NCBI GenBank assembly: GCA_965644295.1
Contig: CBFFRP010000143.1
Span: 1 to 64,000 of the forward strand
Length of the DNA stretch: 64,000 bases
Origin: Paraphysomonas bandaiensis
Lineage: Eukaryota; Protista; Chrysophyceae
Reading direction: 5' to 3'
The translations under genes were made by a program, and so were the position numbers. The notes beneath the pieces were generated by a model. It was given only the letters and a program-made list of their open reading frames with translations, was not told the DNA's origin and did not search any database. Below, piece by piece: positions 16,660-30,800 of this stretch. Positions within the stretch are counted from its first letter, which is position 1; the number at the start of each line of letters is the position of its first letter.

Positions 16660-18668
16660 TTAGGCCCAAGAGTATTCACCATGCCTGGTAATCCCTGATC
16701 TTTCCAGCATCTCATCGGCCTCGGGGGGGCCCCTTGACCCGTACGTATAGGGTAGTGGCTTCCTCTTCTCTGATTCGATTTGCTTTAGTAAGGGGTCAAA
16801 TATGCGCCAAGACGCTTCCAGTTCGTCACTGCGCACGAATGTAGCCTGTGAACCCCTGAGAGTATCTAGGAGCAACCTGGTGTAAGCATCAGGGGAGTAC
16901 ACGTCCGGATACCTACAGCACAGAGTCATCAAAAACTATTTTATGAGAGTATCAGTACCTCGTGTGGTATGAAAGGTCCAACTCACTCTGCTGTAGCGTG
17001 GTGAACAACCCTGGCTTTTTGACATTCACCTGAATCACAAAAGTTGCACTTAAACTAATTGAGGGTTTCGGCAAGATACGAGCATAATTACCTTAAAGTA
17101 AACAGCCTCTGAGGGCTGAAGGCGGAGAACTAGCTCATTTCTGGGACAGGTCTGTCCGTCGAAGACAAAAGTAGAGGCAGGAGCATCCTTGAATTGGATG
17201 CGAATTTCTGCCTTGCGCTCATCCAGCGCTTTCCCAGCCTTCATAATGAAAGGGACACCCTCCCACCTACAAGTACAGAGAGCAAGTTACAGATGCATAC
17301 ACATAGGGAAAGCATGACATTGTACCTGGGTGTGTGGACGCGGAGTACAGCTTGAGCGAACGTGGGTGTGATGGATCCGTTTGGCACGGTCTTGTCATCG
17401 AGGTAACCTTCGTTACCTTTGTCATCAGCCACATACTGTCCGAGCACAACATCGTCCGCAGAAAGAGGAGCTATACTGCGAAGAACATTCACTTTGGAGT
17501 CGCGAATGAAGTTGGGATATCCCTCTCCAGCAACCTAATCACGACACTGAGAAACACGTAAGGTACATCCACAGGTACGCACCTTGACCGGTGGTTCCAT
17601 CGCGACCAAAGTCATAACTTGCATCAGATGATTCTGCATGATGTCACGAATTATACCATAGTTGTCAAAATAACCACCCCTTCCCTAATTCAATGTTAAG
17701 TGGATTATATACGAGGCGAAACGATAATACCATAGTGCCGAAGTTCTCTTTGAAAGTGATCTTAACCGCTTGCACATATCTGTTGTTCAGAAGTGGCTCC
17801 AAGAAAGTATTGCCAAAACGAAAGATGGTTAGGTTCTGCACCATCTCCTTTCCTACCAAAGACCTAAGTAAACTAATAATAAATCATTAAGCGTACCGAG
17901 GTAATGGTCGATACGGTAAATCTGGTCCTCATTCCATATAGCCTGCAGTTGCCCTGACATCTCAAGTGCAGAGTTTAAGTCATGACCAAAAGGCTTCTCT
18001 ACAATAATACGGTTCCAGCCTGTAATAGAAATGATCACTTAGCGTGGGCAGAATGAGAGTATGTACCTGTAGGAGATTGCGCAGCGGATTTGATCCCCCT
18101 GGCAGATGCAATGAAGACATTAGGGGGGATCGCAAAGTAAAACATGCGATTGCAGTCAGAGCCTGAGCATTGAGTAGAGCTCTCAAGCCGGGTTAGAGTT
18201 TCATGGAGAGAGGCAAAAGCGGACTCGTCATCGTACTGTCCGGAGAAGTACGTACAGCGGGACAAGAACGAATTCACTTCCTCGGAGTTACCCTTCTCCT
18301 CAAGATAAGAGCGTATCTTGCCATGGAAATCTTCATTGCTCATAGAACTGCGTGCGTACCCAACAATATTGACGTGGGCTGGGATGTACTTGTTCTTGTG
18401 CAGGTCGAACAGAGAAGGATACGTCTTCTTCTTAGCTGAAACAGGTGTAACGACACAATAACAAGCCGCGTACATCAATGTTACCTAAGTCCCCACTCGC
18501 TCCCAACACAACAATCGACAGCTTGTGCTGCATGTAATCTCTCTGCTGACATAGAGCTATTCAAGACAACAGTGATTACTCCATACAATAGATATCGATG
18601 CAGTCACCTCTATCTTCCTGAGCTAGACGAACAGACACAGCACGCGTATCAGATGAGGAGTCTTCCAT
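16660..18668 (-). CDS. G6PD: Glucose-6-phosphate 1-dehydrogenase, multi-exon
   Basis: [53 protein letters not shown] motifs. Confidence 0.97.
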
Positions 18669-19436
18669 TGCGGTGAGTTTTATGTGAAAGTAACAAGAAG
18701 TTATTCGAAGTTAGAGGTCTACGAAGTAGTAGCAGTGTGTAATGATTCTCTGCAGTGTGTATGGTATGGTATGGTATACATCATATTGCTTGTATTGCAA
18801 TGATCCGGTGCAGTACCCGCAACAGTTGAGGGGAGAAAGATACGTTTTTTTTGTTGTAAGTGTGGGATATGGATCGAAGTGTTGTGGTGTGGTGGAGATT
18901 CTTCATAGTGGAGAGAGATTCATTTTTGATTTTTGGACTGATGTACAGCAGTACATACTCTGTATACCAAATGTGGATTTCAAGGTTTTCGTGAATAAAA
19001 AATCCAGAAATCTCAGTGGAGCAAAAAAACGTGCACTCTGTAGTGTATACTGTATATTCCACTGTATACGCTGTTGTATTTCTGAAGAGCGGGCGAGCTG
19101 AAGTGAGCTGGATGAGAGTAAGCGAATGTGTCTGTTGATGTGCTGCCTGTCTGTCTGTCTGTATATCGGTGATTTCATTATTAAGCAGCCCATGTATGCA
19201 GTCTTATGATGTACTCGTGTGTCTGGGATAGATTTTAGTGCCACTGAGGCTTATCGGCAATGCATCCGTCTCTATTCCATTGTCTGGTGTGGGGTGCTTT
19301 AGCTAATGTGGCGTATTGTCTACAGGTTGAGTGATATCATACATATGCACTGAACTATTAACTAAACCACTATTAGGGTCCGGGTGCAAGTGGATGGGGT
19401 GCCTATCCTCCAGTTCCTCCAGATGATGATCGAGGT

Positions 19437-21816
<2,380 letters not shown>

Positions 21817-22269
21817 GGAATGTGTACTCGATACTCGATACATGTATTTCCCTGTAGTTTCTTCACAGCGTGTATAATGATGTACAGAATGAGAAATATA
21901 AGAGCTCGTAATAATCTAATAGCGTCTAGTTTACTGTAATCTCTGCTTATAACTTTAAGTTTGTAGGACTGAAAGCTGCTGTAAGTTTCCAAGATGCTAT
22001 AGATAAATAATTTACTGATTCCGTACTACACATTACATATCTACATATTACTGAAATATTTAAAGAACAAATTGAAAAAACTACGGGCATTCAAATTGCA
22101 CATACAAGATACAAGGAGTCATATTTCTGTAGCCTGTACCATTCTCTGCTGAGTTCTGCTTTCTATATTGTGAAGAGCATTATCCTGGGATGGTAGAAGC
22201 ATTACCAAATTGTGTAAACAGCTCCGCACTCTGAAAAATGCAAGTAAATTAAGGAAACATGACTTGCTC

Positions 22270-23590
22270 TTGTGAGGAACGACACTCGATGGGGTTCCAT
22301 ATTTACCATGCTCACCGGATTGTAAGCTACTCGTCCTCAATACGCAAGTACTCCCGACCCTACTGTACAAGGCCACCAAGCATCTTGGACTTACGACAAA
22401 TACATCGAAATAGACAAACTACTTGCGAAGGCCGCTAGGAACATACTTCGTCACCCCCATGGATATCCCACGGATATTATCCACCTTCCCACAAAATATA
22501 AAGGGCTTGGACAGCGCAAATTTTTAACCCACGATCAAACTCAGAAATGGCATACCCTTCAACGAGCCCTCACACTCGGAGGACAGCCCAAGAGTGCGGC
22601 CACATCGCTCTTACAACGATACTAGCATCCCCCCCAAGACTTCGACAGGGGGCAACAAATAGGCATCCGACTACAGCCTCCCTCCCCAGCCACGCCACAC
22701 TTCCGAGCTACCATTGACTGTTCAACGACCATAAAATATGCCTTTAAAAAGCCATATCTTCACCGATGGCTCCTTCACACGCACACATCTCACCCCAGCC
22801 CATCTGCTCGGCGACACCCACACACAGCCCAATTCCTACGACGGAGGAGCCGCAATTGTATGGCTCCCGCCCAAGGACAACTGGGGTCACAGACAGACCA
22901 AAATCCTACAACTCACGGCACCACAGCACACCGCACCTGGCCTCAACGCCTACACATATGAAACCCTCGCAATGTCAGCAGCACTGACATTCACCACTGT
23001 GCTGCACTCTTCCGTGCCCATTTGGACTGATTGTCAGGCGGTGCAGACGTGGACCAAAGAGGCCCTATATCACACAGACGGCGCGCCCTCGGAACAAGGC
23101 CTCAGGGCATATTTTACGAATGACTCGCCACCACACCTCTCAAACAACGCCCCATAAAATGGAGTCGCTCACACACCCCGAATGCAGAACTCAAGACCAA
23201 AGCAACTGGACCTACAACGACCACGGCATCTATATTGCCGACGCTGCCGCCAGTGGCGATTGGAATACACTACTGGACAGAGTGCTCGGAGCCTCCAACA
23301 CTATACAGTGTTGTCGCAACGGACGATACGCACATACTCCACTACCGACCTACATTCTCATATACACCTAGCCCCAACCATCCCCCGTAAAACCCACGAC
23401 ACAGGTCCGCCTGACACATTGCCCAAGAGCAGACCCCCCGACTAACCTCACGACAAGGGACGATTGCACCATGGTGCTCGCAGCGATGCACAAGCAGTCC
23501 CGAGATGGTTGCCCGCCACTAGTCGTATATAGCAAGCCTAGTTATTAGTTAGTCTCTATAGATGTAAAACCGTTCTCAAGTAATAATCAG
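22270..23590 (+). mobile_element. Degenerate 5'-truncated relative of the SET/OTU LINE (RT thumb, RNase H, 3' UTR)
   Basis: PTLLYKATKASW, QKW..LQRAL.LGG, IFTDGSF, AYTYE, WTDC, SLTHPE, GIYIADAAA and PKSRPPD* align with ORF 25038..33404; frameshifts; 3' stem-loop and TAATAA tail. Confidence 0.88.
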
Positions 23591-23609
23591 ATATTCTTAT
23601 ATATTTACC

Positions 23610-24413
23610 ATACTCCAAAGAGTTTTGGAGTTGGCAGGAGATCTGGGCAGGTGAAATTTTGGCAATGAGGTCATCGAACTAATTCCTAATTCAGTGACAC
23701 GTGCTAAATTTTAGATTGCTTGACAGCGGAGTTAAGAGAATTCAAAAAAGTTTCTATGATTCTCCAGAAAGATGGCGCCGAACAGGCCGATTTTAGTGAT
23801 GTGCGTTTTTTATTCAATACCTTATTTCAGAAATTCCCTAGTACTAGCCATCATCACCTAGGTGTGGATGCGGACATAATTATGAATCAGACTTTCGAAA
23901 ATGCTGTTGTGAAAGTCCAAAGCGGATTGGAGGACTCTCTCACTCGACCTGAGAAGGCGCAGCTCAAACGTTTTTTGTTGAACAGAACTGATGAAGAAGA
24001 GGAAAAAGAAGATGATGGTGTCGACTCATTGGCGAGAAGACACCAAGCGCACCAAGAACAAAAGCGACTACGCACTACCAAAACAGCTAAGTACCGCTGC
24101 TTGAAGCATATTTACTCTACTACTAATTGTGCAGAAAGGCTTTTCAGTAGAGCAAAAATTAACATGAGTGATCTGCGCAAATCTATGGCACCTCATCGAT
24201 TAGAGGCCCTTATGTTCTTGCGCTTTAATGGATTTCTGTGGAATGCAAGTAAGGTTGAAGATGCTATACGTGCTTGTAATGAGTAACTAAGTTAATTAGA
24301 CAATAATTGGCATAATTAAATTGCAATTAATTGCAATAATTGCAATTATAATTGCGCAAGCTATAGCTAATAATAGCAATTTAATTGCAAAAAATAATTG
24401 TTATGCAGCCCTG
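23610..24413 (+). mobile_element. hAT transposon 3' fragment (transposase C-terminus plus right TIR)
   Basis: ORF 23720..24286 with STTNCAERLFSRAK..RKSMAPHRLEALMFLRFN (hAT dimerisation domain); TTGCAAT subterminal repeats; terminus TTATGCAGCCCTG at 24413. Confidence 0.88.
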
Positions 24414-24804
24414 GTTCTGCTATATAAGAGCAATTGAAAGCTGTAGTTATAAGGTATTTAAATTACAGTAGTATACATTTGCAGTCTTGTTAATCGTATT
24501 GCGAGAATGAACGACGATAAGTATATAGTGGTAAAACGAAATATAGTGACGATGCAAGTTGTAGTGACGAAGTAAGATCGTATAAGAAATGAGTGGTAGT
24601 AAAAACAACATGAAATTGAGGATTTATAAGAGATATGATTATAATTTATAATTCTCAGCATTGAGTATATTATGTCTACCTTCTGTTGTTAAGTTAATAT
24701 TTCTCATGTCTCTTATAATGTCAAACTTCGATACTCTCGTAGCGGTGAAATGTGTTACAGCTGTAGAGCGAACTATGTAGCTATGTAGTATCAGTATTTG
24801 ACAT
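23925..24804. repeat. 880-bp direct repeat, left copy (partner 33411-34290), flanking the LINE
   Basis: From GATTGGAGGACTC to TATTTGACAT at constant offset 9486; identical ORFs 24458..24661 and 33944..34147. Confidence 0.95.
24414..24804. repeat. Unclassified AT-rich dispersed repeat (related segments at 33900-34290, 54551-54790, 56650-56945)
   Basis: Shared blocks GTTCTGCTAT..AGAGCAATTGAAAGCTGTAG, GTGACGA.GTAAGATCGTA..AGAAATG, TTATAATTTATAATT, TCGTAG..GTGAAA. Confidence 0.65.
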
Positions 24805-27800
24805 ATATTGAATGTCTTTTTATTTAGCAATAGGCGTTAAAAACCCGTTCCGATATAGCGGCTAGTTGAATACTAGTCTACTAGTTAGACCTCTACCCAT
24901 AACTAATCAGCGCAAATTCTATTATCTTACTATTTAACGCTACAGAAGCTGCTTGTGCGTCGCCGCAAGCACCAAGGTGCAACCACTTCCGTTCTTGATG
25001 TTGTGTGTGAATTCGCCCTGCTCGTGTGTCTGAGGACTCACTGGCGCGTGTTGTCCGGGGGTCTCCCCTTGGGATACGGTTCCGCCTGACTCTGAGGTAC
25101 CGGGTTCTGTATTAAGGTCCTGAGTGTACCGAGCACTAGATGTGTGGACTGAGAGGTTGATGGTGTGGTGGAATGTGGCGGTGTCGCCATGCACCGTTTG
25201 GGCGTTGGGCATAGGTGGAGTTGCCGGAGACGTCGTCGCCTTTGTCTAGGGCCTGTTGGTTTCATACGGTCCGTTGCTATGGTCCTCTGTGTATGGTTGG
25301 TAGGGTTCAGAGGTACGGTGGGCGGTGTTCCAGTCTCGGTTCGTCTGTGGATTCCTAGTAATCTTAGCACCCTTGGGCGTTTCCGTTTCTGTCTGTGGTT
25401 TGGACTCGGCCGCGGTAGTAGCCTTGGGGGGCCTTTCCGTAGGGTCACGTATCTTCTTCCGCGATCTTGGATCATGAGCTTTGCTGCAGCGAACAGCGGT
25501 AGCAGTAATTTGATGATCGCTGATTCGATGCTGCGCAGTCCTTGGGATGACAGTGATTCATGGATGTGATCTCCAAAAACCATTTCAAGCTGTGTCATTG
25601 TGATGGTACCCGTCCAGAATCTCTCCACCTGTGGCACGGAAGGGTTCCAGGCCCCGCTGGAGATTCGCTGGAGTACAGTGGTGGTCCATTGGGGTAATTC
25701 CGGATTCCTCATTTCTTCTAGGAGCGCGTTTTTGTGGCTGTGAAATGCAGACTCCCTTATCTGCGTTATGGTGTCGTTTGTGCAGTCTAGACACATATGC
25801 TTGAGTGAGTCTAGTCTAAATCCGCAGTCAGAGCATACGGCTTTAGCCATGTCGAGTCCGTGTTTGGTTTTCGCCCGGTTTCTTCCTATGCTGAATGATT
25901 TGTCCCATGTCAGTGCTGCATTTAGTACTCTTTGGCGCAGGTGGGAGCTCACTTTGTCCTTTGATGGTCCACCATCTGCTTGCGCCAGTTTGCGCGGAAG
26001 TAGTGCTCCGCTGTCTTTCCAGTATCCAGGAGCCCGGTCGGGATTGTGACCGTAGCGTTGGTCTCGGAGAGCTGTATATGCCTCCAGCGTCCGTTGATTA
26101 CGGAGGGATTGGAAATCCGTGAGCAGGGGGCTAGTGCGATACGGCCGTCGTTCCCCAGTTAGGCGCCAGTGCCATAAACCCTCGGTGAGTATTCTCTCGA
26201 TGGCTTGGTCCACTTCCATGTTACAGACAGTGTAATTTTGTCGTCCGAGTAGTCGATCTACCTCAAGCCAGTCCCCTCCTGCTACTGCGTCGGCAATGTA
26301 AATTCCTTTGTCTTCATATGTCCATTCAGACTCATCAGAGGTGCGTCGTTCGGGGTGTGATCGGACCCAGGCTACTGTCCTTTTGCAATCGTTATTTGCT
26401 GCAATGCTTTCGAGCAGTACACCTTTGGCACGATGCCCCAGTGCCCGACGTCTGGCGGAGAGTGCTTCGTGTGTGCGTATGCAGACGGCCTTACAGTCCG
26501 TATTTATCGGTATGTGTGATGGGAGTCGCGCAGACAGTATAAGCGCCATTGCTGCTCCCATGAGCTCGTATGCATACGGGCCAAGTCCAGGCACGTCGCT
26601 GAAGGGTGTCTCTAATCGCAGTATTTTTGTTGTACCGTTCTTCCATTCATCCTCCGGGGGGAGCCAGACTGCCGCCGCTCCTCCATAATGTGCCCATCTT
26701 GTACGTGGGTTTACATGCGTAATGCGGCGCGGGGATAGGGCTGTAGGCGTGTATGAGCCGTCGGTGAAGATTGCCTGATATGTATCCGCGGTTACATCAT
26801 CCAGTTCTAATGTGCGGATAATGTTGGTCAGGGTGTTGGTATCTTGAGGTTCCGGACTGTCGGGTTGTTGGAGAGTAAGGCCAACCTCCGTACCCCATTC
26901 CCGCAGACTTAAGGCAAAGTGGTGGTAGTTTGGGTACGGCGCGATAGTCTGTGTTAGGAGAAAGTGCGCTGCGTCACCGGCATCACCGCCTAGGATTATG
27001 GCGCGCTGTAGGGAGCCCCATTTTTGTTCTTGAGCGGAGTCTGAGAAGCGTTTCATTCCAAGTCCATTATGCCTGAGAGAGAGGTAGATCAGTTCCGTGG
27101 GGTAACCAGGACTCAGGCTTAGTGCTTTCCTATAAAGGTTTGCGCAAGTTGAATCGATGTTCTTGTAATATTGCAGGGGCCAAGAAGCCTTGGTGGCCTT
27201 GTAAAGTAGAGTGGGTATGATTTGGGTCTCTATAACCATGACTTTGCAACCCGCTGAGGCGTGCCTGATCCCAAGGTGTGTGCCCGCTGCCTTTAGGTAG
27301 TTTGTACACCAATTGTATGAGTCCGTGTCTGTAGGTGTTAGTGGTAGATCAGCCCCCAAATAGTGTATCGATTCATGAGTCGTTTGTATTGGTACAGGTT
27401 GGGGTCTCCAATACCAGTCATATAAGGTAATGTGTCCGGTTTGTTTGACCTGGGCTAGATTTTCCCGTAGGTGAGGGAAAAAAGTGCAGATAACCTTAGG
27501 TACCGAGAGTTCCATTCCCGAGAAGCTGCAGAACGCCGACATTCGTATCGCCGTTTCCTGGGCTTGAGTGATAGACACATCTATGGTGGTGATGTCATCC
27601 GCGAAGGAGACTTTTTTCTTTGAGTTCGGGGTCAGTAGGAGTGGTGATGGTGTAAGACAGATTGCTCTAAGATCTAGGTCTAACCATGTAAGAAGGATAT
27701 CGTGTAGCGCCACCCAGGCACAAGTGGATTCGGTTCCCCCCTGTGTGATTCCTCTCACGGCCTCAAATCCGAGTACGAACTGTGCAAGGAAGTGTCCGTC

Positions 27801-30800
27801 GGTAGCTAGAAGTTCTGCCAACGAGCGTGGCTCCATGTTGTTCGCCATGAACGGCGTCCATGGGAATGTGAGACCCCCAGCGTCTAATTCTCCAAACCAT
27901 TCAACCACAGCATCGGGGACACCTAGCCGAGCCCATGCTAGTTTCATTAGATTAGGTGTTATGGAGTCGAATGCTTTTTTGAAGTCCCAGAGCGTGCAGA
28001 TGTGTTGGGCATTGTGACGTCTGGCTGCCTCTGAGGCCGCTAGAACCCTTAAAATGGCCGTGTCTGTGCCATTTCTCCAGCGATATCCATGTTGGGACGG
28101 GTGTAGGATCTGCTGTTCCTCCCAGACTGTGAGTATCCTGTGGGAGATTATTCTTGTCAGAATTTTCCGTGATATTTCGAGCAGACCGATCGGTCGAAGG
28201 TTGGAAAAAGAGGGTTCTCCTGGTTTCTTGAGTATGGGGGTCATTACTCTGTCTCTCCACCAAGTAGGCACGTGTTTGTGCTTCCAGAGCGACTTGATAA
28301 GGGTGAATGCTTCCTGTTGTATGGCTGGAGGCCAGGATTTGACCATGTTGGATGAGACCATGGAGGGTCCGGGAGCCCGGTTGAAGGATATGGAATGTAG
28401 GGTGGAGTAGAATTCTTCGTGCGTGATGTCCTTCTCTAAAGCCTTTCCAAGTAGGTCCGCCATTTCTGGTTTAGCTTTAGTGCATAGTGCACGTCGTAGT
28501 CCGTGTTGTAGGGTAAGGGGTATGTTCGAGCACGGATGGAGGGGCTCCTGGGAAGTCACCGATTGAGGGTCAAGGAGGGTTTTCCACCAGTTGGGGTCGT
28601 CCTGTAGTCTTTGTGCGACTGGGTCCAGTCCTGCAGGTTCCGCGTGGTGGTCTCGAAAGTGTTTGTTGATTCCTTCGTGGATGTCTTGCGGGGTAGTGAG
28701 AAGTGTCCCGTCAGTAGTTCTCACTGTCGTTAGTCGAAGTGGCGTTTTGATTTTAAGTCCTATCTTCTGCAGTACTGCTTGTAGTCTTCTCTGTTCTAGT
28801 AGTGCTTCCATTTGGTTTGTACGGTCTGTGAGCCTCTTGCGCATCTCCGTCCTGTCTCGTCCGTGCAAGAGTCCTCGCATTCGTATCACAATGTGTAGAA
28901 GGTTCTTCTTGGTGACTTGTTTGGCATTCCAGCTCAGAATGGCTCTGGGGTCTGCTGATCGGTAATCATTCCTGAAGTTGATGTCAGCTATTCCTTTCGC
29001 AGGTCCCGTGGAGTTTTGGAGGTACGAGTTCCCGCGCTCCTGCCAGGCGGTGATGAGCGCGTGGATCGGATTGCGTAATGGGGATCCACGCCATCCGTGT
29101 CTTTTATATCCAGCTGAGTTAAACATTTTCTGAACTATCTTTATTACCATAACCATCCCTTCTTGAATTACCCTCATTTCCGGGGAGAAACCATCTTTAA
29201 AATGTGAACGAATTCGCTGACACCGGTCATGGAGCCTCGTGCGACGGCTGTAGCGGGGACCCTTTGCTGTAAGCGTTGCCTGCAAGGTGATGTGATGTAT
29301 CGCCGCTAGTCGGGTGGCTGCAGTCTCTGGGTCTAGTGTTGGGCTGAGGCTCGTGTCTATAGGGGGCAGTTGGGCGTGTAGCATGAGAAGTTTGGCAGTG
29401 TACGCTTTTACCTCCTCAGGATCCCTTGGGTTGATGTTTAGGCGAGGAGGTATTTTTAAGTGTGACTCTGGGGAAGAGATATCTTGTGTTACAGTAATAT
29501 TGAATCCAACCCAAACCGGCCTATGGTCAAACGCTGCTGCAATTAAGGTGGGGGAATTGAGGCATCCGGTGTCAGTGATTCGCATATGCTGTGGAAGTGG
29601 CGTATGTAGTATGTGATCGATACGCGAGATTCCCTTGTCCAATCTGTGGAATGTGTGAAAAGCTTGCCGTTGGAGTAATTGTGTGATTAGTGGCGCCGAC
29701 AGCTGGAGTTTACCGGCTAGTGGGCGTATATCTCTATTCGTGGTGTGCGTTTCCATGGATCCGTTAAAGTCGCCTGCAATGATTACCGTGTGACCTCTGG
29801 CCCGGGCCTTGGTAACCCATTTAGTGATGATGTTGCAGAGGAGATCATATGGGGCAACCGGTTTAGTGTTGCGGGTCGCTTTCCCTATCGTGGTCAGTTT
29901 GCTCCATAAGGTACACGAACCAGGGGTGGATGGTTTAGGTGGTAAGTAGACGCTTATTATCACCAGGGTTTGTGTAGGGGAGGTTTTGAATTCCAGTCTC
30001 CCGACTAGACCAAGGCCAGTGAAGTCCGCTTTGGTAGAAGCTAGGCGGCGTTTCCATCTCTCACTCACAATGGCTGCGGTCCCCCCCATGAGTGGGTCAC
30101 GGTTAGTGACCTTGTAGGTCTTGTTGAGAAATAAGCATACCCTAGATCCTTGAATGGCGTCCTCAACGGTCTGCGCGAAGAAGCGGGCTTGAGTACATGT
30201 TAGTCTCACAACCTGCAGCAGTAGTATGTCTAACTGTTGCTTGTTGAAATGTCGGATAATGGCCTTTAGTTTGCTTCTGAACGATGCTGGGTTTCCATTG
30301 GTGTTCCAAGTGGAGAGTCGGAGTCCTGTGTCTGTAGGTGTGTTGCCCTGCTGTTCGTTGGTTGAACCTCTTTTGTCAGCGATAATCCTATCCCATGCAT
30401 CGTTGGATAGTCCTCGGATGTCTCTCGCATAGCCCTCTCTGGCTTGAATAAGGATCTCTAGTGGCCAACGTGGATGACACCAGTACTCATGTCCATAGTT
30501 AATGAGGATTTCTTCGTCCTTACTAATGGGACGTAACGTACATATATATATGCGTTTGTTTTTCGTGAGGAACTTTACATTCGCCATATCTGTGTCAAGA
30601 GGATCATTGATGTACCCCGCTGCACATGTTACTTGCTGACGGTCATGGTTGTATCCGTCAATGGCAAAGGAGCCCGTGCTGTCTTGTACTATAAAGTCTG
30701 AGCGGCGTGTGAGCGTGCGCGTCTCGACAGTCGGAATGCGGTCACCTTTGTACTCAGCTATAATGGTGTCAGCTTCTAAATTTTTCTTCGCATATAGGGA

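Noticed and set aside
25038-25780. C-terminal restriction-like endonuclease (Dualen/R2 type)
   Set aside because: No PD..D/E-x-K motif visible after the CCHC knuckle
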